Part shown: positions 24,430 through 37,714 of the stretch, piece after piece
How positions within the stretch are numbered: position 1 is the first letter of the stretch
How the letters are laid out: every line of letters begins with the position of its first letter
DNA from: Octopus sinensis
Taxonomy: Eukaryota
DNA: 64,000 nt
NCBI RefSeq assembly: GCF_006345805.1
Contig: NC_043004.1
Coordinates: forward strand, 19,592,001-19,656,000
Reading direction: 5' to 3'
Notes under the pieces: model-generated
Databases searched by the model: none
Told to the model about the DNA's origin: nothing
The model's input: only the letters and a program-made list of their open reading frames with translations
Program-made: the position numbers and the translations under genes

Positions 24430-26330
24430 TCGGTTTATCGGAAAGAAAATTCATAGCCAGAAAGGGAGTTCTGTAGAAATGCTTTTAAGCAGTATTTTAT
24501 GGTGAGGCACAAGGAAATGGATTTATGGAAGCGGGAGTGGGAAATGATATGCAACTTTCAGGTGAATCCTTGGTAGATCGAAAGCATGATAGGCTGCCAT
24601 TTACTCAGACCACCGAGCAGATGTCACGGTACATTGCAGCGGTCCAGCTTCTAAAGTTGCTGTGAGACAGTATTGATAGTTGATCCTAATAAAGGCTTTC
24701 AATTCATCTAGATTGATAAGGGGCAGGGGATCACCCATGCCAGCTTTCTTATCCACCCATTCTATGTTGAGCTGTGTGAGGTGGAAGGTTTCATGGATAG
24801 ATATATAAATGACAAACGCCAACCTCATCGCTAACGGGTTAACTCTGCATTTCGTAGTTACGGTCCTAAAGTAGTAAAAATTATAGTAGCACACCATTTC
24901 ACAGAGCAGGGAATACTTCCATTCTGTTGGTAGTCGCAGTACGGATCTACCCATGAAGTCTCCCTCAATTGACTATAAAGATCATGAATTTTCTGTCTAT
25001 GTAGCTCCCGACTTTGAATTATGAGAAGTTTGTCAACAATTCACAGAGCTATTCCCTATCTGCTGGTCTACTGAATAATCTTTCTAAATACGATGAAATT
25101 TAGTCGTATGTCTCAGGAAGATGGAAACGACTGAATAGGCTTGCGAGGTTTTTGCAAACCACTCTCCTATAAGATAGCTCCGTCCAGTCCAAAAGTACAT
25201 CCAGGATTGTGTTCCAGTCACTCAGTAACACCAAAGACATGGACGCTTCTAGAAAACCTCCAGATACCTGAAGAAATCTTGTTTCCATGCTCCAGTTTGG
25301 GCGTAGGCGTAGGCAGCTACTACTCTTAGGGCACCCACTTCGCTAATGTCGACACTCAGGAAAAACAATATAACGTCCGGAATTAGAAATATGGACAGTA
25401 TCTCAAGGCCCAGGCCTTTTCGAAACAACATCATCACTCAATCCCCGTCACTCTAAGTCGACTAAAAGACGCATAAATTTCATAATTGTCAAAATAGCAT
25501 AGCCCCGAAGCGCGTGTATCAGAAATCATGGACTTGATGATGGCTATCTTATTTATAGATAATGACCTGAAGTCATCGAGGAGGTGACCCTGCATCCATG
25601 GTGACCCCAGGACGTGCATTTATGTAACCTATTCTCAGTGCAGCTATGTTGATAGAAAAGAAAGATAAAAGGAAAATGAGTTCACCTACTTTAATGGTTT
25701 TTCTGTTGGTAATCCTATGCATTAACATCCCATCTCTGTATAGAGTGCTGTAGGGAAAACCCAAGGTGTTTGTTCGTGGCTATGATCTTGGGTTTCCCGA
25801 GTTATGTTCGAACCGCTCTCTAATAATTGTATGTGCCAAGTGGAAGATTTACCTATCGAAGGCATTCCACTTCAAACTTGATATCCTCAGTTTTTGCGAG
25901 GTATGATAAAAGTTCATTATTTTTCCTTCTTACTTGAACAAAGTTAAGTGTGGTTAAGATTTGTTAATGTTGTAGGAGCATTTAGCTGGTGTTGTTGTTC
26001 TGGTTGCTGTCGGATTTGTGTCTTTGTTAGTTTTGCGCTTGTGTGTTTGTTGTTATTGCGTTTGCATGTTTTCTTCTTGATACTGTTGGTAGGGGTGGCA
26101 ACAGTGATGGTGTGTATGTTGTGGTGGATATAACAGTGTTTGGTGTTAATAAAGAGATTATGGTATTGTTGTGCGCTTTCCTTTCCTTTCTGTTTCCCCC
26201 CCCCCCAGCATTTTAGCTCTTCTAGGCTCCTCCTTCTCTTTTCTTCCTCACTATAAGATTAGATTGTCGAGTGGAAAGAGTCCGACTCAGACGGGAGTAA
26301 GGGTCTATTTTCTTTTGTATGTGTGTGTGT
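24430..26330 (-). mobile_element. L1/Tx1-clade LINE, degenerate 5' portion (ORF1 remnant and APE endonuclease)
   Basis: Minus-strand peptides LRIGYINAR, GHLLDDFRSL, LFRKGL, LRVVAAYA, DFFRYLEVF, LLSDWNTILD (GDxN motif) and WKYSLL occur in APE order with many lesions. Confidence 0.7.
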
Positions 26331-26364
26331 GTATCTATGTATGTAGGAGGGGAAGAAGGAAAAG

Positions 26365-26475
26365 AAGAGATAGATAGATAACTAGATAGATAGATAGATA
26401 GATAGAGAGATAGATAGATAGATAGATAGATATAGAGAGAGACAGAGAGAAAGTGAGAGTGAGAAAGAGAGAGAT
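26365..26475. repeat. (GATA)n/(GA)n microsatellite
   Basis: Direct reading. Confidence 0.9.
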
Positions 26476-26479
26476 AGTG

Positions 26480-26830
26480 TACTGGGATTGGGGTAACTCC
26501 TAGGCAGCGGCTTATGAGTTGTAATAGCTTGTTCCGTTACTGTTGATGATTTAAACTTGGTGTTGTTGTTGCCGCAGCTGGTGTTGTTGTTACGATCGTT
26601 GGTGTTGTCGCTATTAATGCTATTGTCATTGCTGTTGCTGATATTAGTGCAGATGTTGCTGCTTCTTGCTGCTGCTGTTACTAATGCCTCGGATGCTGCA
26701 CACTTGCTGTTGTTGTAGTGAAAGTCCTCTTCTGTTTTGGTTGTGCGGGCAAAAGGTTCTCAGATGGTAAATAGTTCCATATAAATGGCATATACGTCTT
26801 CCCTCCATAATTACTGGTCATACCTACAGT
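26480..26830 (-). mobile_element. L1-like ORF1 fragment with degenerate CCHC knuckle
   Basis: GRRICHLYGTIYHLRTFCP (CX2[C>Y]X4HX4C) followed by Q/N-rich low complexity; resembles the knuckle at ~36700. Confidence 0.5.
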
Positions 26831-28469
26831 ATCATAGCAATATTATAGTAATATCATAGTGATATTACCTTAACTATAAAAGAGACTGGTGTAAATCTGC
26901 TCACATTTACATATTGATACAAAAAAAATTACTGAGACCAAACAAGGCCGAAATCACGTGACCTGCCGGTCTCAGCAGTGAAGTTGGTAGAGTTTCTCTG
27001 ATGGTATCAACCACAAGTAAAGTTTATTCTACCCCACGTTTAAGTGGAGATAAATATTACATCGCGGTATTTATACGTCCTCTGTTGCTAATATATTCAG
27101 AACATTATTTCAGAAAATATTTTGTCTTCTCTTTGAGCATGCAAAGACAAATTTAGCCGGGGAAAAATAAGTAAGACAAGGTTAGGTAAATTTACCTCTA
27201 CAATTCTCCAGAATTACATTTAAGAAGAAAGTCATACATCTCAATAGCCATTTTTAGCCTCACGGAGATCACAAAGGTAACTGAAGTGTAAAACATCTAG
27301 GTCAAATGAAAGAGGGGTATGGAAAAATGGCACGTGTTATGAAATTAACAAAACTCAGCTAAATTTTAAATCTCTTCAAAATATTCTCTATAGCTTCTTC
27401 ACGATCTGCTGGAGTGGATCTCTTCATGATATACACCATTCAGTGAAAGAGAAGAAATGATTGAAGCTGATCATTACTGATTTTACCCCAGTTTAGACAT
27501 CATTCTTTGAAATTAAAAATTATGAAAGTAGACATAAATGTAGGAAAACATTGACTTGGAAACGAACAAAAGAATATTAATTGTTAAATATCAAAATTAT
27601 CGAAATATTTAATTAACAACCTCGAATACAATAGGGTTAAATTTGGAAAAAATTTCTCGAGAAAAAAGAACCTGTCACGTAACTATGTTACAAAGAACAA
27701 CAGCCACTATGCAAGACCAATTTTACTCCCAAAGACGATGCAACAGTACAAAATGATGATGCAATACTTAGAAAGTAATGATTTCAAACAGGTAGGGAGA
27801 AAATAACAAGAAATTAGAAATTATACATTTTACCCCAGTTACCACTTTTCCCACCTCCTATGGACTTTGTCTCTTCAAGTGTTTTATAATTTTGTCTGTA
27901 ACTCATTCAATAGCAATTAATAAGAAATCTTAAACAACTTTTCCATTTGTAAATACTAAATGATAAGAGCATTATTTAAAATATATTCTATCCTATGTTT
28001 TCATCTAAATTATATTCATTGGATATATTATGAACGTTGTGTCTCTAGAACAGCTTCAGTGTTTCGTATTATTTTCTTTCAAGTGTAATATTTACCTTAT
28101 TAGTTTTTAATTTCCAGACTGTTCAATTTCAAATTACTATGTTTCTCGTTAATTTACACGTATTTGCTCAAGAAATCCTTTTAACATGGAGACAACTGTG
28201 AATAAATGTATATTCTCAATTAGTCGATCAGAGAGAAAAAGACAGAAAGTGCGATATTTTATTGACAAGGGAAAGATCCTGTGAAAACTGAGTTTTACTA
28301 ATTAAAGAAAATGTGTTTTTCTGATTTTCTATTGTCTGCGAAACATAAATTTTAAACTAAAAAGAAAACAAAAATTGTCCGTCTTTAACAAACAGAACTA
28401 GTTTGTTAATAAATTGACAATAAATCTACATTTCTTTTGCTTTGTAATAACTGAAATGTTGACTTGTTC

Positions 28470-28560
28470 TTAGTGTGTGTGTGTGTGTGTGAGTGCGTTC
28501 GTGTGTGTGTGCGCGTGTGTTTGAGTGTGTGTGCGCGCGTGTGTGCGCGCGTGTGTGCGC

Positions 28561-28597
<37 letters not shown>

Positions 28598-28610
28598 TGT
28601 GTGTATGTGC
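28470..28610. repeat. (TG)n/(TGCG)n microsatellite
   Basis: Direct reading. Confidence 0.9.
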
Positions 28611-29249
28611 TTGTGTCACTTCATGTGTGTTTCATGTGTGTTTCTGATCTTAGTATTTGTTTACTATGACCGTTAAATTAGGAACAAATATGAAATCTTA
28701 TTTTAGTTTATATCTTGTTATGAGACTGTCTTTATCAGATATCATTGGAGTTACAGTTACAACTGCCGCTACAAATTACCGAACCACCCTCCACTGTGAG
28801 TTAATAGTCAATATTACTAAGCACTTTAAAACGGGCACGCCGATTTGTATATTTGATGCGTTCATAGTAGTTAGTTCCTTTAAATAAATTACTAATGTAT
28901 CAAAATGGTTTATTGTTGATGCTATGAATATGTACAATGAAGTACAGTATAAAACCATAGATTTTAGCTAGTACTGTATGTGTAAAATTAATTGAAGTAC
29001 AAACAAAGACATCTACAATTGTCTAGTATATATAAATAATGATAATTCCATCCTCTTGCATAACTTTACTTAGTACATGCTCATACCCGTTCTCTGTTAC
29101 TTCATATTGGTATTTACGGCATAAGAGCCAATGAAGATACACACATACTTTATCGTGGCGGCGTTTGTATTCTTTTTTTGCCAGGCTCTCACATCAACTT
29201 ACCAAATGGGTCACATTTTCCAAACTCTTTCCAGAAAGCCTACATTTAT

Positions 29250-29720
29250 TGGTGTCAGAAGTTTTATAGATGTTATACTTCACTGAATTGGTAGCGAGAG
29301 TTTGGTCTTTCAGTAATACGCTTCAAATCACCTCGCTCAAGCCATGCCCACGTAGCTGTATTATCTTCACGTCCTGTGTATTCCTTTCAAACTGCCCATG
29401 CTTTCTCATTTCAAGAAGGTCTTCTTTTGTCTTCTCCTCAGGTTTTTGGTTTTAACTCTTCCTTGATCATTTTATCTGCATTTACACCAATATCTTTCGC
29501 GGCATATTGCAGCAGGTCTTCATCATTATCAAATACTCGGCGAGCGTTATCCCTTCACTCCTTATACTAATTAGTCCTCTGCCACCATTCTTTATTTTCA
29601 TATACTGTGTGTTTACGTTTGATTTAGGGTGTAGCGCCCCATGCAGCGTCAACTTTATCGTCTTTCTATCCAGTGTTGATATTTCCTCCTTAGTTCATTT
29701 GAGGATAGAATCCCTATACC
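29250..29720 (-). mobile_element. Dong/R4-clade internal fragment
   Basis: LTLHGALHPKSNV...GGRGLISI motif on the minus strand. Confidence 0.75.
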
Positions 29721-29799
29721 TGACCACCGGTAATCAAATTTTTGGCATTCACGTTGGATTTCAACACCATCTTCACCCTTTAGTTATATCATTTGCTAT

Positions 29800-30210
29800 T
29801 TCCTTTCATTGGGATTCACTGTAACCGCGTTTGACATAATGGTGAGCAATAGCATTTACATGTCCCCAATAATCCCCTATATCAAAGCAAATCCGTGTTA
29901 TCCTCAAAAACAGAGATTTCGTATTTGACTGAATTATATGATGTGGATGATCAATGCGGCGGTGGAGGTAAATATGGGATGATATGGGCTTGCAAAATAA
30001 CTCTGTCACTATTCGGCCACCAGAAAACTTAAAGTTTGTGTCCAAAAATTCAAGATTAGTTTTTGAAAAATTAGAGGTAAATTTTATGTTGGACTTAAAG
30101 ACATAGTTTTTAGCATAACAGTCACAGAAATTCAAGAAGTCAATTAAACTCTTCTGAATCTGCTACACTTTCAGTACTCCAAATGCATGAGGAAAAATAT
30201 GTTTGCAGGT
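29800..30210 (-). mobile_element. Penelope-like element RT C-terminal fragment
   Basis: IKFTSNFSKTNLEFLD...TELFCKP..SHIYLH...HPHH...LFLRITRIC...KRGY matches the PLE RT thumb pattern. Confidence 0.85.
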
Positions 30211-30615
30211 TATTAGCATCAAGCCCTGGAAGAATGGATAAAATTACAAGAGAAATTCATCATATTTACAAAAAACTGCTTGATTAAATATTCTTCTTTT
30301 CCTTTTTTCTTTCCTTTTTTATCCTCTTTTTTCTTTCTTGTTCTTTTTGCCAGTTGTAAAAATGAAATTAGAAGACTGATTCCATCAACGTTGGGACGCT
30401 GGTTGCTCTCGTTTATATTTTGGATTTGGATTTATATAATTTCGAATTTTTATCACTTTTCATTTAGAACTCGACAAAGAGAGGCTAGCTGCCGAAATAT
30501 CGTTCAACTAATAAAATATCTATTGCAATCGTTTCGCACTCTCCGTATTGTTTATCTAACTATTGTGAAAAGCTACGTCTATCCGTTTAAAATATCATCA
30601 TCATCATCATCATCA

Positions 30616-30683
<68 letters not shown>

Positions 30684-30685
<2 letters not shown>

Positions 30686-30830
30686 GGTTTTGGCTCAGGT
30701 TCCGTCTTATTCCTTAGGATTCATGTGGTTAGTGGGTTACTGCCTGTAACCTTAGGTATCCACAAGTTTTCAGCAGTCTTTCAAGTGCTTAAAACCCTCC
30801 TGATAATCCTTGCTGTCCTTTTGCTCGTAA
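30684..30830 (-). mobile_element. Dong/R4-clade 3' terminus
   Basis: GTARIIRRVLST* then a short 3' UTR running into (TAA)n (30617-30683). Confidence 0.7.
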
Positions 30831-30984
30831 GTTTATTGTTCTAATTTTTGTTTTCAAAAGTTGTTAATTGCTTATTTTGTTACAAAACGTATGTTGAAAC
30901 CACTACAATTGCAAAGGTTTGGTTGTTTGTTTTTTGTGCTCCTTTGTGGGGTTCAGTTCTGTAAAGAGAGAGTAATTTTACAAA

Positions 30985-31990
30985 CAAGTATGGCGTCATC
31001 CGTACTGCTAACAGACATGGAGGAGGAAGAAGTAGCTTGAGCAGTAAATTGCAAGACACATCAGAGTCCTCTGCTTTCTACCCTCAAATAGGAGGCGAGA
31101 TGTGAGCATTCAACAAGTTCAAATTATAGTGGACCACATTATCACTATGACAACAAACAGTAGCAGCAACAGCAGCAACAACAACAACAGCACTGTAATT
31201 TGATTCCAATTATGAAGTTGATTTCCTCGCAATAAATGAGACAATACCAAAGACATCACCTAACAAGAACAACAGTAAGACTATGAACACAGCCACCACC
31301 ACCACCACCACCACCACTACAATAGCAAAAATTATGAGAGAGGAATAAAAAGAAAATAAAAATAACAGTATCCTCGATACTTTAAACGCCGGCAATATTA
31401 CCAGTGTGAATAACAACGCCAACAGCAACAACAGCAAAAGTACTTTCCCAGTAACATCTGCGAAAGGCATGGTGGTATACAAGATGGATCCCTTACAGAT
31501 GGATCCCTTACAGATGGATCCCTTACAGATGGATCCCTTACAGATGGATCCCTTACAGATGGATATATATATTTGGCCAAGCGGCCAAACTGATAAGGCT
31601 GGGAAAAGGGCGGTGATGGCAGAAACACATACAAAACTAATATATAAATATGCTTCCATAAACACAAAGCAGCCGAAGGTAGCTAGTTAGACAGATGTGG
31701 AAAGTGCACTGAAAGAGATAATGTCCGACATTCAGCATCTCTCGAGAGCAAGGCAATTTGCATCATTTCAGTGCCCTCCAAGACTGAAGCTCAGGCTGCC
31801 AAACACTCCGTGGTTCCTTGTCGGCTCGAAATATATGTTCTCCATCGATCGTATTTAGTAAGGAAGAAGGTGAAGATAAAGGTCTCAGGAATTCCATTTG
31901 AGGTAAATTTTATGGTGGAGTTTAGCTTGTATTGTATTAGATAACCTACTCCTAGGACCGGAATGAATAATTCAGCTGATTTACTAACGT
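30985..31990 (+). mobile_element. Probable L1/Tx1-like ORF1 5' remnant
   Basis: Starts MASSVLLTDME; N/T low complexity; KIKVSGIPFEV motif near 31875; many stops. Confidence 0.35.
31482..31564. repeat. 15-bp tandem repeat (AGATGGATCCCTTAC), 5 perfect units plus a partial unit
   Basis: Direct reading; gives the MDPLQ and KGSIC repeats in the ORF track. Confidence 0.95.
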
Positions 31991-32020
31991 TTCTGTCATC
32001 TGGGAAAGCTCCAGAGACAT

Positions 32021-32408
32021 GGACGGAAGCACTCCGTCGGTTACGACGACGAGGGTTCCGGTTGATCCGAATCAACGGAACAGCCTGCTCGTGAAATTAA
32101 CGTGTAAGTCGCTGAGCACTCCACAGACACGTGTACCTTTAACGTAGTTTTCGGGGATATTCAGCGTGACACAGAGAGTGACAAGGCCGGCCCTTTGAAA
32201 TACAGGTACAACAGAAACAGGAAGTAAGAGTAAGAGAAAGTTGTGGTGAAAGAGTACAGCAGGGATCACTACCATCCCCTGCCGGAGCCTCGTGGAGCTT
32301 TTAGGTGTTTTCGCTCAATAAACACTCACAACGCCCGGTCTGGGAATCGAAACCGCGATCCTATGACCGCGAGTCCGCTGCCCTAACCACTGGGGCATTG
32401 TGCCTCCA
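32021..32408 (-). mobile_element. SINE family C (tRNA-derived), complete, with 12-bp target-site duplication
   Basis: Minus-strand head with A-box-like and ggtttcgattcc B-box; TSD ctccagagacat at 32009-32020 and 32409-32420. Confidence 0.9.
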
Positions 32409-32654
32409 CTCCAGAGACATACGAGTGGATTGAACCAAATTTTGGGAAATTACCCTTTCTAAAGCTCGTTTGAAAGTAATTTCATCTAGATTTCTCATAT
32501 TCTACATTTTAGCTGCTGCCACTGCTTCTGCTTATTTGCCCTTTCTCTTACTCTCCTTCACATTACCTTACTTTTCCTTCTCCATTTCTTCATCTTGATT
32601 TTCTTTTTATATTTTACTACTTTCCTTTCCACATTAGTCTCCTCCTGTCGCCTT

Positions 32655-32725
32655 TGTTGTTGTTGTTGTTGTTGCTGTTCTTCTTCTTCTTCTTCTTCTT
32701 CTTCTTCTTCTTCTTCTTCTTTTTC
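32655..32725. repeat. (TTG)n/(TTC)n microsatellite in a pyrimidine-rich tract
   Basis: Direct reading. Confidence 0.9.
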
Positions 32726-34039
32726 TTCTTCACTCCATTTTTGTTTTCCTTCTCACCATCGCCTCCCCTCCACTTCTTTCCTTCCGCCTATTTCTGCTTT
32801 ATCCTTTTACATTCTCTTCGCATTCTCTTCCTTCGCTTCTTCCTCGTTCCCTTACTTCTTTTCTTCTAAGCCTTTACTTTATCAAACCCTTTCCTTTCGA
32901 TACGTAATACAGATTTTTCTTTACTGGATGTATAGTGAAAACTTAGCAATATCGTTGATTTCTAGCGTTTGTCTTACTTGTGGGAATTAATTTTGTTTAA
33001 TGTATAGATACTCCATTATCTCTTTTTATCAGAACATACGAATAGATATAGTTCTTCTAGATCATGCATTCGCGTTTTGAAGTATCAAATAACTTGACAG
33101 AAAGACAAAGGAGTAAAGAGAAAAACGAAAGCCGTTAAGAATAAACAATTACTGAAAAATATGATTAAATATAAAAATTAAAAATGGGAGGAAAAGATTA
33201 AAGTCTGAGGAAGAGAAAATTTATCTTGCTAATCAAGATATATCCTGAAAATGTTAATCAAATACAGTGAAAATTTTATAGTAGATTAAACAGAAGATAG
33301 TTTACTGGAATCGATATTTGGAATATCTCATGAGGTTTCTTTGTGCTCAAACTTGTAAGCATATAGATAACATAAACTAGATATATGGTTATAATAAATA
33401 ATATCGGCAGAATTAGATAAGTTTTATTGCACAATATAACAGCAACATTGAGGTTATAGCCGTAGAAAATATTTCAATGCATTGTGTTTTCGTAAAAGAA
33501 CAGAGAAACCTTGATATACATACTAATTGCATTATCAAAGACACTGTAGAAGCAATAGAAAAGTGGAGGTAAAAGTGACTGAGAAATAGTAAATTTAATA
33601 TGCTTATGAACAGTCATAAAGAAAATATTCTTCCTGTTATAAAACAAGAAGTTCTGTAACTGTACTAGACTTATTGTCTTCAATTCTCATCAAGAAACCA
33701 TCAAATGCTTTTGTAATAATGCAAAAATCATTATACAAAAAATGAAGAACAGTAAATATAATTTTATGTTTGAGTCATTTATAGATATTCTTTTAAATAA
33801 AACTCAGACATGTAGCTGGTTCCCGTCAGTAATACGCTAGCAGCAAACTTTCAAAATGACTGATTTACTGACATTCTTATTGGTGTTCGTTCAACTACTT
33901 TATTTAACTGAGTAAAACCAGCTCAGTCTTATAGATATTCTGTACACGGAAGAAAGCAAATATTAGGATTAGTGTTCAGGAATTACTAACTCAGAACTAC
34001 TTCACAGGAACAACAAAATTTTACACTACTTCAAGTTCA

Positions 34040-34200
34040 TGCCATGTTTATCTTGATATGAGATCATCATGTTGCCCACTTATGATCTTGATGCTCGTAC
34101 CTGATGCACTCTTAACAGACAAGTAGTCATAATGGGTATATTGTTCTTCTTATATTTGTACCCTAGCATCACTTTGATGGCATATGCTGCTCTCTCACTC
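34040..34200 (+). mobile_element. Family T repeat, 3' part
   Basis: Ends gctctctcactc followed by (AAT)n at 34201-34345. Confidence 0.75.
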
Positions 34201-34233
34201 AATAATAATAATGATGATAATAATAACAATAAC

Positions 34234-34283
<50 letters not shown>

Positions 34284-34287
34284 CAAC

Positions 34288-34345
<58 letters not shown>

Positions 34346-34346
<1 letters not shown>

Positions 34347-34634
34347 GAGGTAACTAGAATGTGGAACCTGAAAACAGAAACAATTCCTATCATAGTAGGT
34401 GCATTAGGCATGATAAAAAAATATTCAGACAAATACATAACAAAAACACCAGGACTTACAAACACATATAACATACAGAAATATGCACTACTAGGCACTG
34501 CACAATCCTACGCAGAACACTTTCCATACAATAACCATCAGAGCATCACAACAAATCACAGCACATACCCAAGGCACACAGAGCTGCGCTCGGTAGTGAA
34601 GTGAAAGCACGCTATAAAAATAAAACTACTGAAT
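34346..34634 (+). mobile_element. Dong/R4-clade 5'-truncated 3' end
   Basis: MWNLKTETIPIIVGALGMIKK...ALLGTA; (AAT)n on both sides. Confidence 0.85.
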
Positions 34635-34635
34635 G

Positions 34636-34704
<69 letters not shown>

Positions 34705-34715
34705 TAAATAATAAA

Positions 34716-35122
34716 AAGAGATTTGCTAATTGAAATCGAAAAGGTGTGGCATCTCAAGACGATTACAATACCAGTGATTATAGGAACACTTGGAATGATC
34801 AAAAAAGGTACTGAAAATTATTTAAGAATGATCCCTGGCTCACCATCTATGCAGGAAATGCAAAAAGTTGTCTTAACTGGTATGTCACACGTATTTAGAA
34901 AAGCATTGTCGCTGTGAATTGTCTTTCCTACCCCTTTTTATTTTATTTCTTTACTTTAAATTTTGTTCTTATTTTTGTCTCTGACTTTCCCTTTTTCTAA
35001 ATGAATAATCTGACGTGGTCGTTTTAATGGCCTACTGATGTATACAATATGTTTCTCTGCCCTAGATATCTGGAAGACACTCAGCAAGAAATGAAAACGG
35101 AATTGAAAGAAGATGCCAATGA
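34716..35122 (+). mobile_element. Second Dong/R4-family 5'-truncated 3' end
   Basis: IEIEKVWHLKTITIPVIIGTLGMIKK...QKVVLTG...RKALSL*; its 3' UTR differs from the preceding copy; followed by aataataat. Confidence 0.85.
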
Positions 35123-35149
35123 AAATAATAATAATAAAAATGAAAAGAC

Positions 35150-35640
35150 AATAGCTCTCATGATTTGTGATCTTGATTGAATGTGTTAGGACGTTAACAT
35201 GTATATGTTTTGTTTACGTATAAACGATGGGCTACAGCAAATATTTTTCTCAATACCACAAATTTGCTTGTTAATTGCTTGACCTTCACAATTTGAGTAT
35301 GTCCCTTAATGGTTGATGATATGTGAATCTCTGATCGCGAGCAGGAGTAGTGGGTAAGCATCATAGTCATGTGTTCAGACGAATTCTTTGGGCTTTGAAT
35401 AATTCACCTCTGCAAACATGGCATTTCAGCGGCATAGGCTACTCGAGCCGAAGAAAATTCTTACTAGGCTTCACCTGCAATGTCATGCGCTGTTTATTTT
35501 CATACGAGATCACCATGTCGTGCACATGATTGTGATGCACGTGCCTCGTGTACCATTCTCATGTGTATAGCCATTATGGTTATTTTGGGCTTCATATATT
35601 TGTGCCCCAGTATCACTTTGATGGTATACACTGCTCTCTC
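35150..35640 (+). mobile_element. Family T repeat, near full length with internal deletion
   Basis: gatgggctacagcaaat...catcactttgatgg...ctgctctctc. Confidence 0.75.
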
Positions 35641-35644
35641 TTCA

Positions 35645-37400
35645 CTACCTCTAAGCTTTGTTGCCTGCGGTCAATAGAAGGTGGCCCTGTTTCTAAGGTG
35701 ACCACAAGCGATATACATTTAAACTGCCCTATTCTGAGCAAGGCCATGTTTGTCAGAAAGAAGAATAGAGACAATCACTTACACTATTACCGTGGCAATA
35801 CAGATGTTCTGTCTTCTTGGTTATGTATGGGTATCTCCACAAACAATTTTGTAGAGTCTTCTGTTTGTGGTCTCACGGAAATCTCTCATTCCTCTGGAAT
35901 GTTTTGCTTCCAATTTGTCAGTTTGTTGCGTTGTTATAATTTTTATGTTACTATGGGTGTTACGTGAGGGTGCAATGTAATCATTTAGAGTAACGTCTGT
36001 GTATTTTTGAATATATGTTATCAAGTTCTCGTTGATTGTGTCTATGGCCATGTAAGTGATGATACCTTGGCAGTGCTGTTCATATTGTTAGGTCTGGATT
36101 GCTGTGTGTTTTCGTTTGTTGAAGTGTTTGTAATGCTGGTGATGTTTGTAGCGTTGGAGATATTTGTAATTGTGCTGGTATAGATTGAATGTTCGTTTCT
36201 GTGTACCACATTCTAATCTCTTCGTTTTTAGTTTTGTACCGCGCTTAAAAGTTTGTAAATGTTTACGTTTTCCTTTCACCAGGATCTATTCCGCTGGTCT
36301 TTCTAAGCAATTTTGCTTGCTAGGTAACTTTTCACAGTCGGGGAATTCTGTGGCAAGATGTGAGGTATCTCTGCACAGTTGGGTATTTCTTGGCCAGTGG
36401 TCTGGACGACTTATGTGAGTGAGGCTTCTCTGGGTTGCTATACAGGTGTCGCTATAGATTTTCTCGGGTGTTATACCAGTACTTGACATTGGTATTGTTG
36501 AATGGAACTTTCCTTTTGCTCCCTGTGCCGATGCTGTTGAGTTTTGGATGCTGCTGTCCCTGGCACTGAGTATGTTGGTTATGCTGCTGTTGCTGCTGTT
36601 GCGTTTGATGCTATTGTTATTGTTGTGTTAGATGTGTCTGCAGCAGCCTGTATTTTCCTTTTCTTTGCTTAGGCAGAAAGTCTTTAAATGGTTTGTCTCG
36701 CCAGAGTTGTTGCATCTCGGATTTCTGCATTAGTGAGGATGATCAAGTGAGGGTTGTCTTCAATGCTGAACTCATCGGCGTGTATCTGTAATTCTATTCT
36801 CGTACCTGACCAATTTTCCTTACCCATTTTTGCACTTATAAAATATTTGTTTTGTTCTCTATTTCGTAAAATACAACCATGGCTTGTCGTAATGAACCGC
36901 AATTCCTCAATTTTGAGACTGAGTGCTGCATTTTCTTTGGTTTACTTTTCAGTTGGGAATCTCCTTACCTCAACTGTAGCAAAGCATCCCCACAGTGACA
37001 TAATTTTTATCCTGCAGACATTTTTCGAAAGATATCTAGATAATAGCTGTAATAGCTGCTGTTTGCACTGCCTACTTTTTCCCTCAGCCTGCTTCAGGTC
37101 ATGATATTATTGGCGATATTGGTAGTGGTGTTATTAGTGTTGGCGAGGTGGTGGAATTCGTGCTTGTGTGATTTTAAAATTTGATCTTGCTTGTCACTGG
37201 TGCTGCTGCTGCTTCTGATGTTGTTGATTTTGATGTCTGTGATTTGTCTCTCCACCATATAAACCAGTAGTGGGAAAGTAATGTCATAATAGCTGTTCCA
37301 ACAGACACCACTTTCTTCGATTTGGGAAGCCATATTGTTATCGTTTTTACTTTGAGATGTTAATTTTCGAAATCTAAATCTTATCCAAACAAGTTCGCTG
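35645..37400 (-). mobile_element. L1-clade LINE 5' portion (ORF1 with zinc knuckle and start of ORF2), degenerate
   Basis: MASQIEES start at 37333; PRCNNSGETNHLKTFC knuckle at ~36700; IKIIT and IVCGDTH (LQETH-like) at the APE start, ~35820-35950. Confidence 0.6.
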
Positions 37401-37507
37401 TCAGCAAAGTGATCTCGATTATTTAGTACAGTTCAACAAAAGTTTGAATACCAAATAATAAAACAAATTTTAAAAAATACTTACGGACCATGAACAAGTA
37501 CCCTCTT

Positions 37508-37517
37508 TTTACAACAC

Positions 37518-37577
<60 letters not shown>

Positions 37578-37595
37578 TGATGATGATAATAATAA

Positions 37596-37627
<32 letters not shown>

Positions 37628-37681
37628 ATGATGATGATGATAATAATAATAATAATAATAATAATGATGATGATGATGATG

Positions 37682-37712
<31 letters not shown>
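37508..37712. repeat. (AAT)n/(GAT)n compound microsatellite (~200 bp)
   Basis: Direct reading. Confidence 0.95.

Positions 37713-37714
<2 letters not shown>

Noticed and set aside
27120-27480. Protein-like reading on the minus strand (MVYIMKRSTPADREEAIENILKRFKI)
   Set aside because: Short, bounded by stops, no convincing splice sites and no recognisable family; a BLASTx would be needed.
31482-31564. Tandem repeat considered as a CRISPR array
   Set aside because: No spacers, eukaryotic context and no cas genes.
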